IMG/VR virus record: IMGVR_UViG_2917587430_000001 | Location: 25,228-89,227 of that record | DNA length: 64,000 bases | Source: a virus | Reading direction: 5' to 3' (one strand) | Part shown: positions 46,658 to 55,495 of the stretch, one piece after another | Layout: each line of letters starts with the position of its first letter | How positions within the stretch are numbered: the stretch's first letter is position 1 | Notes under the pieces: generated by a model | The model's input: the letters and a program-made list of their open reading frames with translations, nothing else | Databases searched by the model: none | Told to the model about the DNA's origin: nothing | Made by a program: the position numbers and the translations under genes

Positions 46658-46743
46658 ACCTAACCCTTACATGCACCGGACGGACTGGACACCTCTGGCT
46701 TCGTTTAAGTGACATCTGACGCCGTTGATGTCCGCCGTTAGCA
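46658..46743 (+). other. attC site
   Basis: ACCTAAC-CCTTACATGCACCGGACG...GACGCCGTTGATGTCCGCC-GTTAGCA. Confidence 0.85.
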
Positions 46744-47205
46744 GTTAACATCATTGCCGAAAATGACCCTTCTCGGCATTGTTTGATTCAATGCCCATAT
46801 CAAAAGCCTCTTTCAGACATAGATTTAGGCTTTACTACTTACAGTACTCAATGGTCATTTTCGGCAGAGTTAAGCTGTTCAGACGTGGAAGGGGCAATCG
46901 CTCTATCTTCTACTGATACCTACCCATAAAAACGGGTAGCTTCCCGACTATCTCAAAGCCAAAGGAGGCGGGATGATACATCCATATCAAAGCCGCCGAC
47001 CACGCTTTACAAGGTCGGCATATAGAAAAACAAAGCCCTGACCGGTAAGGTTAGGGCTTATTGTTTTGGTCAACGTCTTAAATAGCGTGACTAGGGCAGC
47101 AGGGCGATCGCCCAACTCCTTCTCAATAAAGCCGATTGGGTCATTGGTGTCCCGTGTCACCATTGCCGCAACTCCAGCTCACCCCTAGCCCGAATTTGAT
47201 CCCCT

Positions 47206-47724
47206 TCAAGCGACAGCAAGGACATTGCGTGGGTTCTCTCCAGCGGCTAATCTCTCAAGCTGCTCATCTGAGAGATTTGAATAATCAATTTTGACGTTGA
47301 GCTTGGTTTCCTCCTTCTCACCTAGAGCAGTTTTTCCAATCTTTTGAAGTCGCTCTAGCGCCTTGGCTAACTCATCCAACTGTTTGGGAGATGGTAGATC
47401 ATTGCCTTTTGCCACTCCTTCAGTTGCTTCTTTAAGTTGCATGAAAACAAGATTCAAGCCGCCTTTCGCAAGTTCATAGCACTGGGCATCCCATGCAGCT
47501 AAGTCGCCCGCTAAAGCAGTCGATTTGTGTTCCTGGCGTTTATCTGAAACAGTTTGAACAAAACGCTCAGCCTCAACTTTCCAATGCTCTTTAGCTGCTT
47601 TTTCCCGCAGATATGAGGGCGAACAGGTATACTTCGCAGCCAATTGCTCTAAGGTTGGACGAGACTTCTCATCCGGAGCCTGGACGTATTCATCTTTGAT
47701 GACCTGCCAGTTGTGCTTCGCCAC
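47206..47724 (-). CDS. Terminase small subunit-like protein
   Basis: HNWQVIKDEYV...TLEQLAAKY...LREKAAKEHW HTH; C-terminal DYSNLSDEQLERLA. Confidence 0.65.
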   Translation of the reverse strand: MAKHNWQVIKDEYVQAPDEKSRPTLEQLAAKYTCSPSYLREKAAKEHWKVEAERFVQTVSDKRQEHKSTALAGDLAAWDAQCYELAKGGLNLVFMQLKEATEGVAKGNDLPSPKQLDELAKALERLQKIGKTALGEKEETKLNVKIDYSNLSDEQLERLAAGENPRNVLAVA

Positions 47725-48238
47725 TTTCCCTCAGCTTCCTGCAATTTCCGACTTTCTGTCGGATCGTTCCCACGCCTTGTGGGGTGGGGTTTTCACGGAC
47801 ATGGAAAAGGGTAGGGCGATCGCATTCAAGTCGGTTAAAGGCAACTGTTCTGGTAAAAATGCTGATCTTGCCAAAGATCTTTAACTTTCTGAAGTTATAA
47901 AGGGAACACCAGATCTTCATCGACCAGTGCAACAGATGGCAAAAATCTTTTCAAGGCGAACTGAGGAACAGGAAAAATTTCGTCAGGATCTATGCTTGGT
48001 TATTCAATCTGAAGAAGAGCGCAGGATTCAAGAGCAGTCTGCTGAACGTCTTGTCATGCCTATGACTTTAAGTACGTGGGAAGACGACTGGAAGAGTTGA
48101 TTTCAAGCTGCTTACCGGCAGTATAACGATTCACTCGGGTTGGATCTAAGGGTTTAACATTGCGGAAGCTAACATATCAGCTTCATTCAGAAGGAGCTGG
48201 GCGAGTAGCTGACGGAAGAACAGCGGGCGATCGCGGCG

Positions 48239-48329
48239 GTATAACATATTTCCTGTTGCGCCCGACCATTGAAAAGTTATCGGTAGATTATTCGAGGTTG
48301 TCTACAGTGGGTTAAGCGGAACGTTAGAC
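48239..48329 (+). other. attC site (degenerate)
   Basis: GTATAAC...TTGCGCCCGACCATTG...CAGTGGGTTAAGCGGAAC-GTTAGAC. Confidence 0.6.
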
Positions 48330-48433
48330 CACAAGATCTCGGTTGGAATGGTGCTGTAACCGCTCTAAGTATCAATAGGGAAACCGCTCTAAGTGCTAGC
48401 TTTGAATGGATGATTGCAATAAGGAAAAATTAG

Positions 48434-48931
48434 GTGTCAAAAGGCATCCCTGCAAAGCTTAAAAAGGTTTCAGTTAAACTCCCATTTGGTATTGGTGGAG
48501 CAGAATGGGAAGCCGACTCGACAGAACGCAAAGCGGCTTGGGCGATTTATGTTGAGTTAGTTACTCGCATCGCTGTTCAAGACCTTGATAAAGACCAAGG
48601 ACTTTTGCGAGAGTTGCTAAACTCGCTACATAGTTTGTTTGGTATTACACGTCAAATCCTGCGGGAAGCTGGTCCAGATGTTGGTGCATCATACGAATCA
48701 GTTGGGGGTACAGCAATTACTGTCCTTAACAGAGGACTACGCCCTTTTTTGTCTACATGGCATCCTGCACTTCAGGCATGGGAGGCGCAACGCCCTGTAA
48801 ATCTTAGTCCAAAAGAGCATGAGAAGAATTGGATTCATGAACCTAAATTACGTAGTGAATTAAAATCCCTTAATCTAGATTTAGAGCAATATGCTAATGC
48901 GTTAGCAGAGATAGCTGGAGTTAAGTGTTGA
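48434..48931 (+). CDS. Gene cassette: conserved-looking helical hypothetical protein
   Basis: ERKAAWAIYVELVTRIA...LNRGLRPFLSTWHP; co-cassette with SIR2-TIR. Confidence 0.7.
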   Translation: MSKGIPAKLKKVSVKLPFGIGGAEWEADSTERKAAWAIYVELVTRIAVQDLDKDQGLLRELLNSLHSLFGITRQILREAGPDVGASYESVGGTAITVLNRGLRPFLSTWHPALQAWEAQRPVNLSPKEHEKNWIHEPKLRSELKSLNLDLEQYANALAEIAGVKC

Positions 48932-49018
48932 TAGGCTAGTAGGCGCTTGACAACCTCTCAGAATAGTTAAAGATGGTATTAATCACATTATTAGAATTAG
49001 TAATTTATCTTTAGCAGA

Positions 49019-50266
49019 ATGAATGAGCTAATCATACAAAGACTAAAAAGAAAGTCACGCGGAAATCAAGTGGCAATCGCAGTCAGCAGTTCGCTGTCAG
49101 AAGAAAAATTTTCTATTCCAAGTCTAGCGAAAAAAATAATTAGCCACTGCAATTTAGAATTTGAAGTTCAGGAATTGACACAATATTTCAAAGTATGGAA
49201 CGCCCTGATTGAAGAAGCTGAGAAAAAAGTAAGTAGAGATTATTTGGTTAAATTGGTGAGAGATTTCGTATCCACCGCAGAGCCTCTTCCGGTGCATTAT
49301 AAAATTGCATCACTACCTATTTCAAACTTTATAGATGCTACTTTCGATCGATCACTGTATAAAGCTCTTATTCAATTGAATAAAAATCCAATCATTCATG
49401 ATTGGAATCATCAATCTATTGGGGCATGGAAGCAAAGTAATCCAAATCAACCCAGTATATTCTTCTTGTTCTGCAATTTAAGTCCACCTCATCCTTGGCA
49501 TGGAGTCTATGAACCCATCAGTAGAGCTGGCAGTAGGGGTGATCAAATTCAGATAATGAATATTGCAGAGATGCTCAATGATAAAGACTTGATTCTCGCA
49601 GGATTTACCTCTCACGAGGCAGAATTTACCCTACACTTATCTTCATTAATCAGTTCTTGCAATAAAGTAGTTAATTGTCTTGATTATATTGATGATTCTA
49701 CTTACTGGTGTCAAAGAGGGGTTTGCATCCTTAATAAGGAAGCTGAGCAAGTAATCGATTACTTACTTCCCTATGAGATGGGTGAGTACACGTTTTGGGA
49801 TATGCCTATACCGAGGAGAGAAATAATGGATGTAGTGCGAGACAAGCAGTATGACTGCTTTATCAGTCATTTCAGTGGCGATAAACCTTTTGCAAAGAGA
49901 TTATCTCAAGATCTTGAGATGCGTGGTCTTTATGTCTGGGTTGACGAGAACGAAATTGATATTGGGGATTCTCTTTCAGATAAAATTCAAGATGGTTTAG
50001 GAAGCTCATATTCGTTTGCAATTATCCTATCCAATGAATCCATTTCTAGACCTTGGGTCAAGGAAGAATTAAGAGCAGCATATGCTTTAAGATTAGCGGG
50101 AGAATCTAAGATACTGCCAATTTTGTACAAGGAATGTGATATTCCTATACTTCTGAAAGACTACAGATATGCAGATTTTAGAAGTGAAGGTCGGTATCAT
50201 GAGGAGATTCCTACTTTGGAACGCTCTATTAGAAATGCTATGCGCCAAGCGAGGGGCAAGAAATAG
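49019..50266 (+). CDS. Gene cassette: SIR2-like + TIR domain protein
   Basis: LPISNFIDATFDRSLYKAL (SIR2-like); YDCFISH..DK..A.RL..DL..RGL.VW.D...WVKEEL (TIR with catalytic Glu). Confidence 0.8.
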   Translation: MNELIIQRLKRKSRGNQVAIAVSSSLSEEKFSIPSLAKKIISHCNLEFEVQELTQYFKVWNALIEEAEKKVSRDYLVKLVRDFVSTAEPLPVHYKIASLPISNFIDATFDRSLYKALIQLNKNPIIHDWNHQSIGAWKQSNPNQPSIFFLFCNLSPPHPWHGVYEPISRAGSRGDQIQIMNIAEMLNDKDLILAGFTSHEAEFTLHLSSLISSCNKVVNCLDYIDDSTYWCQRGVCILNKEAEQVIDYLLPYEMGEYTFWDMPIPRREIMDVVRDKQYDCFISHFSGDKPFAKRLSQDLEMRGLYVWVDENEIDIGDSLSDKIQDGLGSSYSFAIILSNESISRPWVKEELRAAYALRLAGESKILPILYKECDIPILLKDYRYADFRSEGRYHEEIPTLERSIRNAMRQARGKK

Positions 50267-50300
50267 TTGACGCAGTTCTATAGTTTCATAAGCTCAGGCG

Positions 50301-50386
50301 TTCTAACAATTTAAATGCAGGCGGACGTTGAAAGCCACTCTGCTTAGTTCGAGGTTACTTGCCGTCACTGATTCAAACCGTTAGCC
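50301..50386 (+). other. attC site
   Basis: TTCTAAC-AATTTAAATGCAGGCGGACG...CCGTCACTGATTCAAACC-GTTAGCC. Confidence 0.8.
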
Positions 50387-50599
50387 TGTTTTGTTCCGCA
50401 TTGAAGGCAGTATTTATTAGCTAGCAAACGTAAACCGCGTCGAAGCCAGCAGGCGGGCGATCGCTACTTCCTAGTTTGGATTCTTTGATTCGTTTAATTG
50501 TCTAACCGTTGCTTTCAGGGAGAGTTTGCCGATTATAGCTTCGCGCCATTCTTTAATATTGCTTTGAATGAAGAGCAGGAAACACAGATCAAATGTCTT

Positions 50600-50682
50600 C
50601 TAGAACAGCAGAAGCCATCTGCGATGATAACCTTCATCCTCCCACGGCAAGCTTCCATCTGTCCGCTGCATTAAAGTTAGAC
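50600..50682 (-). other. attC site (right arm degenerate)
   Basis: Clear left arm GTCTAAC-TTTAATGCAGCGGAC; probable core GTTCTAG. Confidence 0.5.
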
Positions 50683-50755
50683 TGCCCAACGTGGCATCAG
50701 GCTTCATTAGGTAAAATTGGATGGGGAATCCTAAATGCTCCCTAAGATGAACACT

Positions 50756-50893
50756 CTACAAGCTATTCAGTTTTGTGATTGGCTGGGACTCGTTTGCGAA
50801 GAGCAAGTAACAAATGGCTAGTGTTACACCTAGTACAGCTAATGTTCTACGGATTTTTAGAACGAGGTTGATTTCATCTATGATTTTTTTCAT
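50756..50893 (-). CDS. 45-aa single-TM peptide in a gene cassette
   Basis: Strong RBS AAGGAGGT; MKKIIDEINLVLKIRRTLAVLGVTLAICYLLFANESQPITKLNSL. Confidence 0.55.
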   Translation of the reverse strand: MKKIIDEINLVLKIRRTLAVLGVTLAICYLLFANESQPITKLNSL

Positions 50894-51243
50894 AGTTTTT
50901 TACCTCCTTCGCCCCCATCTGCAGGAGGCAAGCTCTTCGATCTTTTCCGTAGCTTGATCACCACGTACACGATCGGGGTAGCCATTTGCGCCATACCGTT
51001 AGCCTTCGCAACGAAGTCCCTCCCCTCGGAGAGGCTTTTGGCAATCAGAAGCAAGAACTTGGTTCATGATTGCCTTGATTTACAAAATATCACAATCAAA
51101 GAATTGGTCTGAGGTAGGACATCAAGGATCTATTGGTGTGATAACCGAACATTCTCAAAGTCCTCTTCTCATGCTGTTTATGCCAATAAGTCTTGTACCT
51201 TCAGTAGTCAGCCTTTAAGCTACTACCCCAGAGATACCCAGCA

Positions 51244-51328
51244 ATCTAACGTTCGCAATCACCGGACACAGATCACTTTTACTAAAAACAGCATACTTCA
51301 AAGTTTCGATGCATTGTGATTGTTGGGT
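51244..51328 (-). other. attC site
   Basis: ACCCAAC-AATCACAATGCATCGAAAC...GTCCGGTGATTGCGAAC-GTTAGAT. Confidence 0.8.
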
Positions 51329-51345
51329 GGCGGAACACTGTTGTC

Positions 51346-52197
51346 CTATCCGTTCGCCTCTTTTTCAGCGTCTATTTCAAGACGTATGCCCTTGCCAGGG
51401 ATAAATATCAATTTACCGATTGTCTTCCGAGGCGCTCTCCGCTCAAGCTCAGATTTCATCTCGATTTCCAGTTCGCTGACGTGTTCCAACATATGAACGA
51501 GATCTGTTCCAATCTCATACGCGTCGCGATGAAGCTCGGCCCGCGATTCAATAGCCGTCCGGATTTGCAGATCTGGCATACCGGAATGCGCAGCCTTACT
51601 GTTTCGGCGTCTCCCCGCAATTCGCAAGTGATCCTTCAGACAGTGTTCGTATTTGAGGCAATGCCCGTATCTGTGAGCAAGCGAACCCAAAATCGATATC
51701 TTGTGCGCTGGCTTTTTCTCCCGTCGGCACTCTTTACAATCTGTAGCAAGCAACGCACCAAGGCTTGCTTTGAAGTAGTAGTGTTTCGGAATATTTGTAC
51801 AAAAGGCTAGTTGCTTGATGAGCGCTTCACATAACCTCGTGACATAAAGAACTAGCTCATTGTAGATCCGTATCCGTTGAATCTCGGCATCGAGAGCATT
51901 CATGGGCTCTTGGCTCGTTGAGATGGAATGCGAGTCATTAATTACATGACTCATGACTCCGGCGAGAGCCGACGCTTCATAGGTGTGCAGGTTCGTGAAC
52001 GCACCTTCAGCGGTGCGATTTGAGAAAACTTCAAAGGTGCCTTCTTGCTTTAGCCACTTCCGAAATTCAGTTGCAATTGGATAGAAGTTAATGCCGATAA
52101 CGTCGGCGCTGTTCCAAATATAAGCTTCCTTGCGAAACTCCCATTCAAAATGAAATGCCATATCCAGCTGGTCATGATCTGCGTGCTCAATGCCCAA
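51346..52197 (-). CDS. Gene cassette: HEPN-like hypothetical protein with CxxC
   Basis: TTG start after TAAGGAGG; RRNSKAAH and DCKEC. Confidence 0.55.
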   Translation of the reverse strand: MGIEHADHDQLDMAFHFEWEFRKEAYIWNSADVIGINFYPIATEFRKWLKQEGTFEVFSNRTAEGAFTNLHTYEASALAGVMSHVINDSHSISTSQEPMNALDAEIQRIRIYNELVLYVTRLCEALIKQLAFCTNIPKHYYFKASLGALLATDCKECRREKKPAHKISILGSLAHRYGHCLKYEHCLKDHLRIAGRRRNSKAAHSGMPDLQIRTAIESRAELHRDAYEIGTDLVHMLEHVSELEIEMKSELERRAPRKTIGKLIFIPGKGIRLEIDAEKEANG

Positions 52198-52230
52198 GAT
52201 ATCGATCCTCCTTAACAGCGCGTCTTTCCA

Positions 52231-52315
52231 CCCGAAGGTTTGCTTGAGCGGTTGCAAACGACCTTCACCATAAACCAAGCTTTTTCGGCAATCCGCTCCA
52301 GGGGAATTGTTAGCC
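52231..52315 (-). other. attC site (core mutated to CTT)
   Basis: GGCTAAC-AATTCCCCTGGAGCGGATTGC...GCAACCGCTCAAGCAAAC-CTTCGGG. Confidence 0.75.
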
Positions 52316-52380
52316 TGCTGGCAGAGTGAGTTTAGCCAATTCTCAAAACATTTAAAGATTTTACTTTTGCTAGGTTAGAA

Positions 52381-53895
52381 CTAAGAAAATGCTGGCTTTC
52401 CATCACCTTCAGGACCACCTAATGGACAATCAATATCTCTAATTGGATAACCGTAAGTAGAGTAATCGATATAATGATCATTGGCTTCAGTTATTTTTAA
52501 CAATAACCTGTTGAATAAAGAATATAAAGCACCTGAAGTCATCGACAGCCTATGACAGTCCAGAGGCTTATAGCGATGACCATGAGCAGATTTATTACGC
52601 TCTTTTAGTGCTTGTAATTCAACTCGTCCAACTTGAAGAGAGAGAAGATCAAAGAATTTTTCATACTGCATATTAGAGCTTTTTTTGTTTAAATCCTCTA
52701 GTTTTCTCTTTAAAATGTCCAAGTTCTTACTTTCAATAGATTCTTTGTCTAGAGAAGATGTAACTTCATCGAAAGTATCCATTAGTGGCTTTCTAATTTT
52801 TGTCTTCCAAACACTTTTAGGAATTAGTAAAGGCGATAACTCGTTCTCGTTAGCACAGTAGGAATCCCGCAGAGACTCTATCGCAGCACCAAAATGAACA
52901 GCTTGTACATCCAGGGGAGAGGTTAAACCTAGCCATATGAGAAAAAGTGGATATTCAATATTAATAGTTTCCATTTTAGTAGCGACGGAACTTATCATTC
53001 TAGATATTCTTTTCTCATCTAGGTACCATTCTTCTGTAGAGATTCCAAGTGAAACAGGTGGTTTACATGGGTATTTGTAAGCTCTTTCACCTAGTATATA
53101 AATTTCCCTAACAACACACCCAATGCGACCACCATCTTTACTTAGAGATGTTGAACCAACCGAAACTAACTGCCTACCAAGGGTAAAGGATAAGGCAGCT
53201 AAAATAGTTTGTTTTGTATCTTCTGAGGGCAATCTATTTTCGTTTAGGTCTTCAAACTCTACAAAACCTGGTTTATATTTTTGTGGAGCAATATCATCCA
53301 TGGTATGTCCAACTGTAAGTGACCATTTTTGATCACTCATAGTACATTCACATTTGAAATGATCTAGAGAACTATCGAAATTTTTATTAAGATCAAGTTC
53401 AAGTACACCTCCACCACTGCGCTCTCTCTTGAAGGAAGCTGAATGTTCTCTAGTTGTACACCTACTGAAAATGTATCTGTCAGCAGAAAAGTTAACAATC
53501 CACTCAACTTGGGCGACAGCTGGTAACTCACTTTGAAAAATTTCAGCTTCATTAACTTTCGCATGAATGAACAAGGGATCTGTCTCTTCTACTTGTAAAC
53601 TCTTACTCTTATTACTTGTAGAAGTTATTAGTACTCCTCTCAATCGAACTAAAACACCAGTCATAGTTTGTCCGATGGTTTCTTCTGCATAGGAGGGAGC
53701 TTCACCCGGTCGTAAATTTATGTGTTCTTCAAGCGAAAACGAACCCATGCCTTTACCAACCGCTGTCAACCGCAAATCTGCATCTCTTGAAAGGTCTATT
53801 TCAGTAATTTTTTCAGGAAAAGCTCCCCGCTGGATAACCCTGAAGCTTAAGGGAGTAGTTACAGTTTGCCATTCCAGCCAGTCTAAGTTTTCCAT
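52381..53895 (-). CDS. Gene cassette: ApeA-like C-terminal HEPN protein
   Basis: FGAAIESLR...RNKSAHG (RxxxxH) after a beta-rich N-terminus. Confidence 0.65.
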   Translation of the reverse strand: MENLDWLEWQTVTTPLSFRVIQRGAFPEKITEIDLSRDADLRLTAVGKGMGSFSLEEHINLRPGEAPSYAEETIGQTMTGVLVRLRGVLITSTSNKSKSLQVEETDPLFIHAKVNEAEIFQSELPAVAQVEWIVNFSADRYIFSRCTTREHSASFKRERSGGGVLELDLNKNFDSSLDHFKCECTMSDQKWSLTVGHTMDDIAPQKYKPGFVEFEDLNENRLPSEDTKQTILAALSFTLGRQLVSVGSTSLSKDGGRIGCVVREIYILGERAYKYPCKPPVSLGISTEEWYLDEKRISRMISSVATKMETINIEYPLFLIWLGLTSPLDVQAVHFGAAIESLRDSYCANENELSPLLIPKSVWKTKIRKPLMDTFDEVTSSLDKESIESKNLDILKRKLEDLNKKSSNMQYEKFFDLLSLQVGRVELQALKERNKSAHGHRYKPLDCHRLSMTSGALYSLFNRLLLKITEANDHYIDYSTYGYPIRDIDCPLGGPEGDGKPAFS

Positions 53896-53963
53896 TGTAT
53901 TGAAGTTGAACTACACTACTCACCAATAATAATTGGGAGTACTTTTACAAAGGGGTGAAAGCA

Positions 53964-54036
53964 GTCTAACGACTAAGATAAGTGACAATAGATATACTAA
54001 GATTTCTCAATTATTCGTTCCATCAGCTTGTTAGCT
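53964..54036 (-). other. attC site (degenerate)
   Basis: AGCTAAC-AAGCTGATGGAACG...CACTTATCTTAGTC-GTTAGAC. Confidence 0.6.
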
Positions 54037-54053
54037 GGCTGGGCAACACCAAA

Positions 54054-54974
54054 TCACTGATCATCAATCAAATCGCTACACAATTCACAAAACAAATCGA
54101 CATCATCTACTGAATTTATCCAACTAGGATATCTAGAATCATCAATCTCTTTTTCCCACTCGTGCAGAAAAGAAATGTATGGTTGTTCGCATTTAATACA
54201 ATAGTTAATTGCGTATTCTGCCAAACAGTTAAAGCAATGAGCAACCCTAAGATATTTTGCAGTTGGGTCAGGAACAGCAACTGCTTCTTCGTCACAAATT
54301 CCACACGTAAAGTATTGATAATCAATCCATTTTTCTTTTGGGTCTGAAATTGGTATTCCTTCTTTCTCCATGTGTTGGATATAGAACAAATAAGACATAG
54401 ACAGAGTTCGATAAGTACTTTGACTTTCAAGAGCATCAATCTCTCCTCCATCTTCAAAAAGCTCTTCTTTACGGGCTTCGTCAAGTTTATCTAGTTCAGT
54501 TTTAAGGCTCAAGCCTAATTCCTCAGCCACAAACGTATCTAGAAAAATAAAAGCAGTACCTAAAAATTCTTTAACTTCATTTGATTTGAGAGCAGCTTCT
54601 CTATGTTCAATGCAGTTTCTAGCTTTTCGCAAAGCATTTAGTGCCCCACCCAGCTTGTATTTTCCTGATTCTTGACGCTCCGCATACTGAAATAGTGGCA
54701 GCTTGACTTCTCTGACTAAAAGATCGATCGCTTCATCAGAGCCTACTGTACTACCACTTTTTCGGTTTCGATAGATCAATGACTCATCATGTTTAGCCAA
54801 CCTCGCTTTTAGAAAAAGTTCAACAGCGTGAAAAACATGCAGAATCACATATTTCCAATCCGTATTTCTTCTACCGTGAAGATGGTGCTCTACACCATGT
54901 ACAAGAGAATCCATTGCGTTCTCTTCAAGCTTTACGATTAATCTCTGCTGGCTTGAGGTCGTTTCGTTGGTCAT
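54054..54974 (-). CDS. Gene cassette: HEPN-like N-terminus plus zinc ribbons
   Basis: YVILHVFHAVELFLKARL...RNCIEH; C-terminal CxxC pairs. Confidence 0.65.
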   Translation of the reverse strand: MTNETTSSQQRLIVKLEENAMDSLVHGVEHHLHGRRNTDWKYVILHVFHAVELFLKARLAKHDESLIYRNRKSGSTVGSDEAIDLLVREVKLPLFQYAERQESGKYKLGGALNALRKARNCIEHREAALKSNEVKEFLGTAFIFLDTFVAEELGLSLKTELDKLDEARKEELFEDGGEIDALESQSTYRTLSMSYLFYIQHMEKEGIPISDPKEKWIDYQYFTCGICDEEAVAVPDPTAKYLRVAHCFNCLAEYAINYCIKCEQPYISFLHEWEKEIDDSRYPSWINSVDDVDLFCELCSDLIDDQ

Positions 54975-55085
54975 TTCTACTGTGTTACTGATTGATACGA
55001 CAAACTCGCGAGATAATACCTAGTTTTTCAATAACTAATGCAGAATAACTCTCCCAGTTCCGGTATTACCCAGCATTTATCCTTG

Positions 55086-55275
55086 ATGGCACAACATCCT
55101 TCCCCTTGCCTATTAGGTCAGGTACAGCAATCTATCCAACTCAAGCATTTCAGCTTAAAGACTGAGAAATCCTATATTGACTACATCCGCGATTTCATCC
55201 TGTTTCATTACAGCGGCACCTTGAAGGAATGAGGACAGATGGAACTCAAGCCTACTTGGAACTAGCTAGAAGGTT
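55086..55275 (+). pseudogene. intI: Integron integrase 5' remnant, frameshifted and truncated
   Basis: LLGQVQQSIQLKHFSLKTEKSYIDYIRDFILFH, then in a shifted frame RHLEGMRTDGTQAYLELA, matching the IntI N-terminal SAM-like domain. Confidence 0.8.
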
Positions 55276-55495
55276 TGAATACTTTCGAGGTTTAACATCG
55301 AGTTCATCTCATTAGGCAGTTGCTTCAACATACCAGCAGACGCAAATTGCATCAAATCCAGCAGGAGAGCGATCGCCCGTCAAAACGCTGCCTCAAAGAC
55401 CTCTAGTCTTTTGCATTCACTAACTTGAGGAAAGCCGCAGAATTCCCGTAATCCTTGGCGTGGGAACTCTCGGACGGAGTTTCTGAGCGTCTTCT

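Noticed and set aside
50905-51050. c-di-GMP-I riboswitch call
   Set aside because: Only fragments resemble the consensus; the GNRA loop and contiguous GGGACGCAAA are absent. Kept only as a structured-leader hypothesis.
51316-51810. 164-aa plus-strand ORF and other short antisense ORFs in the track
   Set aside because: They are shadows of longer opposite-strand genes with recognisable motifs.
54975-55085. attI next to the intI remnant
   Set aside because: Candidates GTTATTG and GTTATTC do not match the first cassette's inverse core (AGCTAAC) and lack the 7-5-7 layout.
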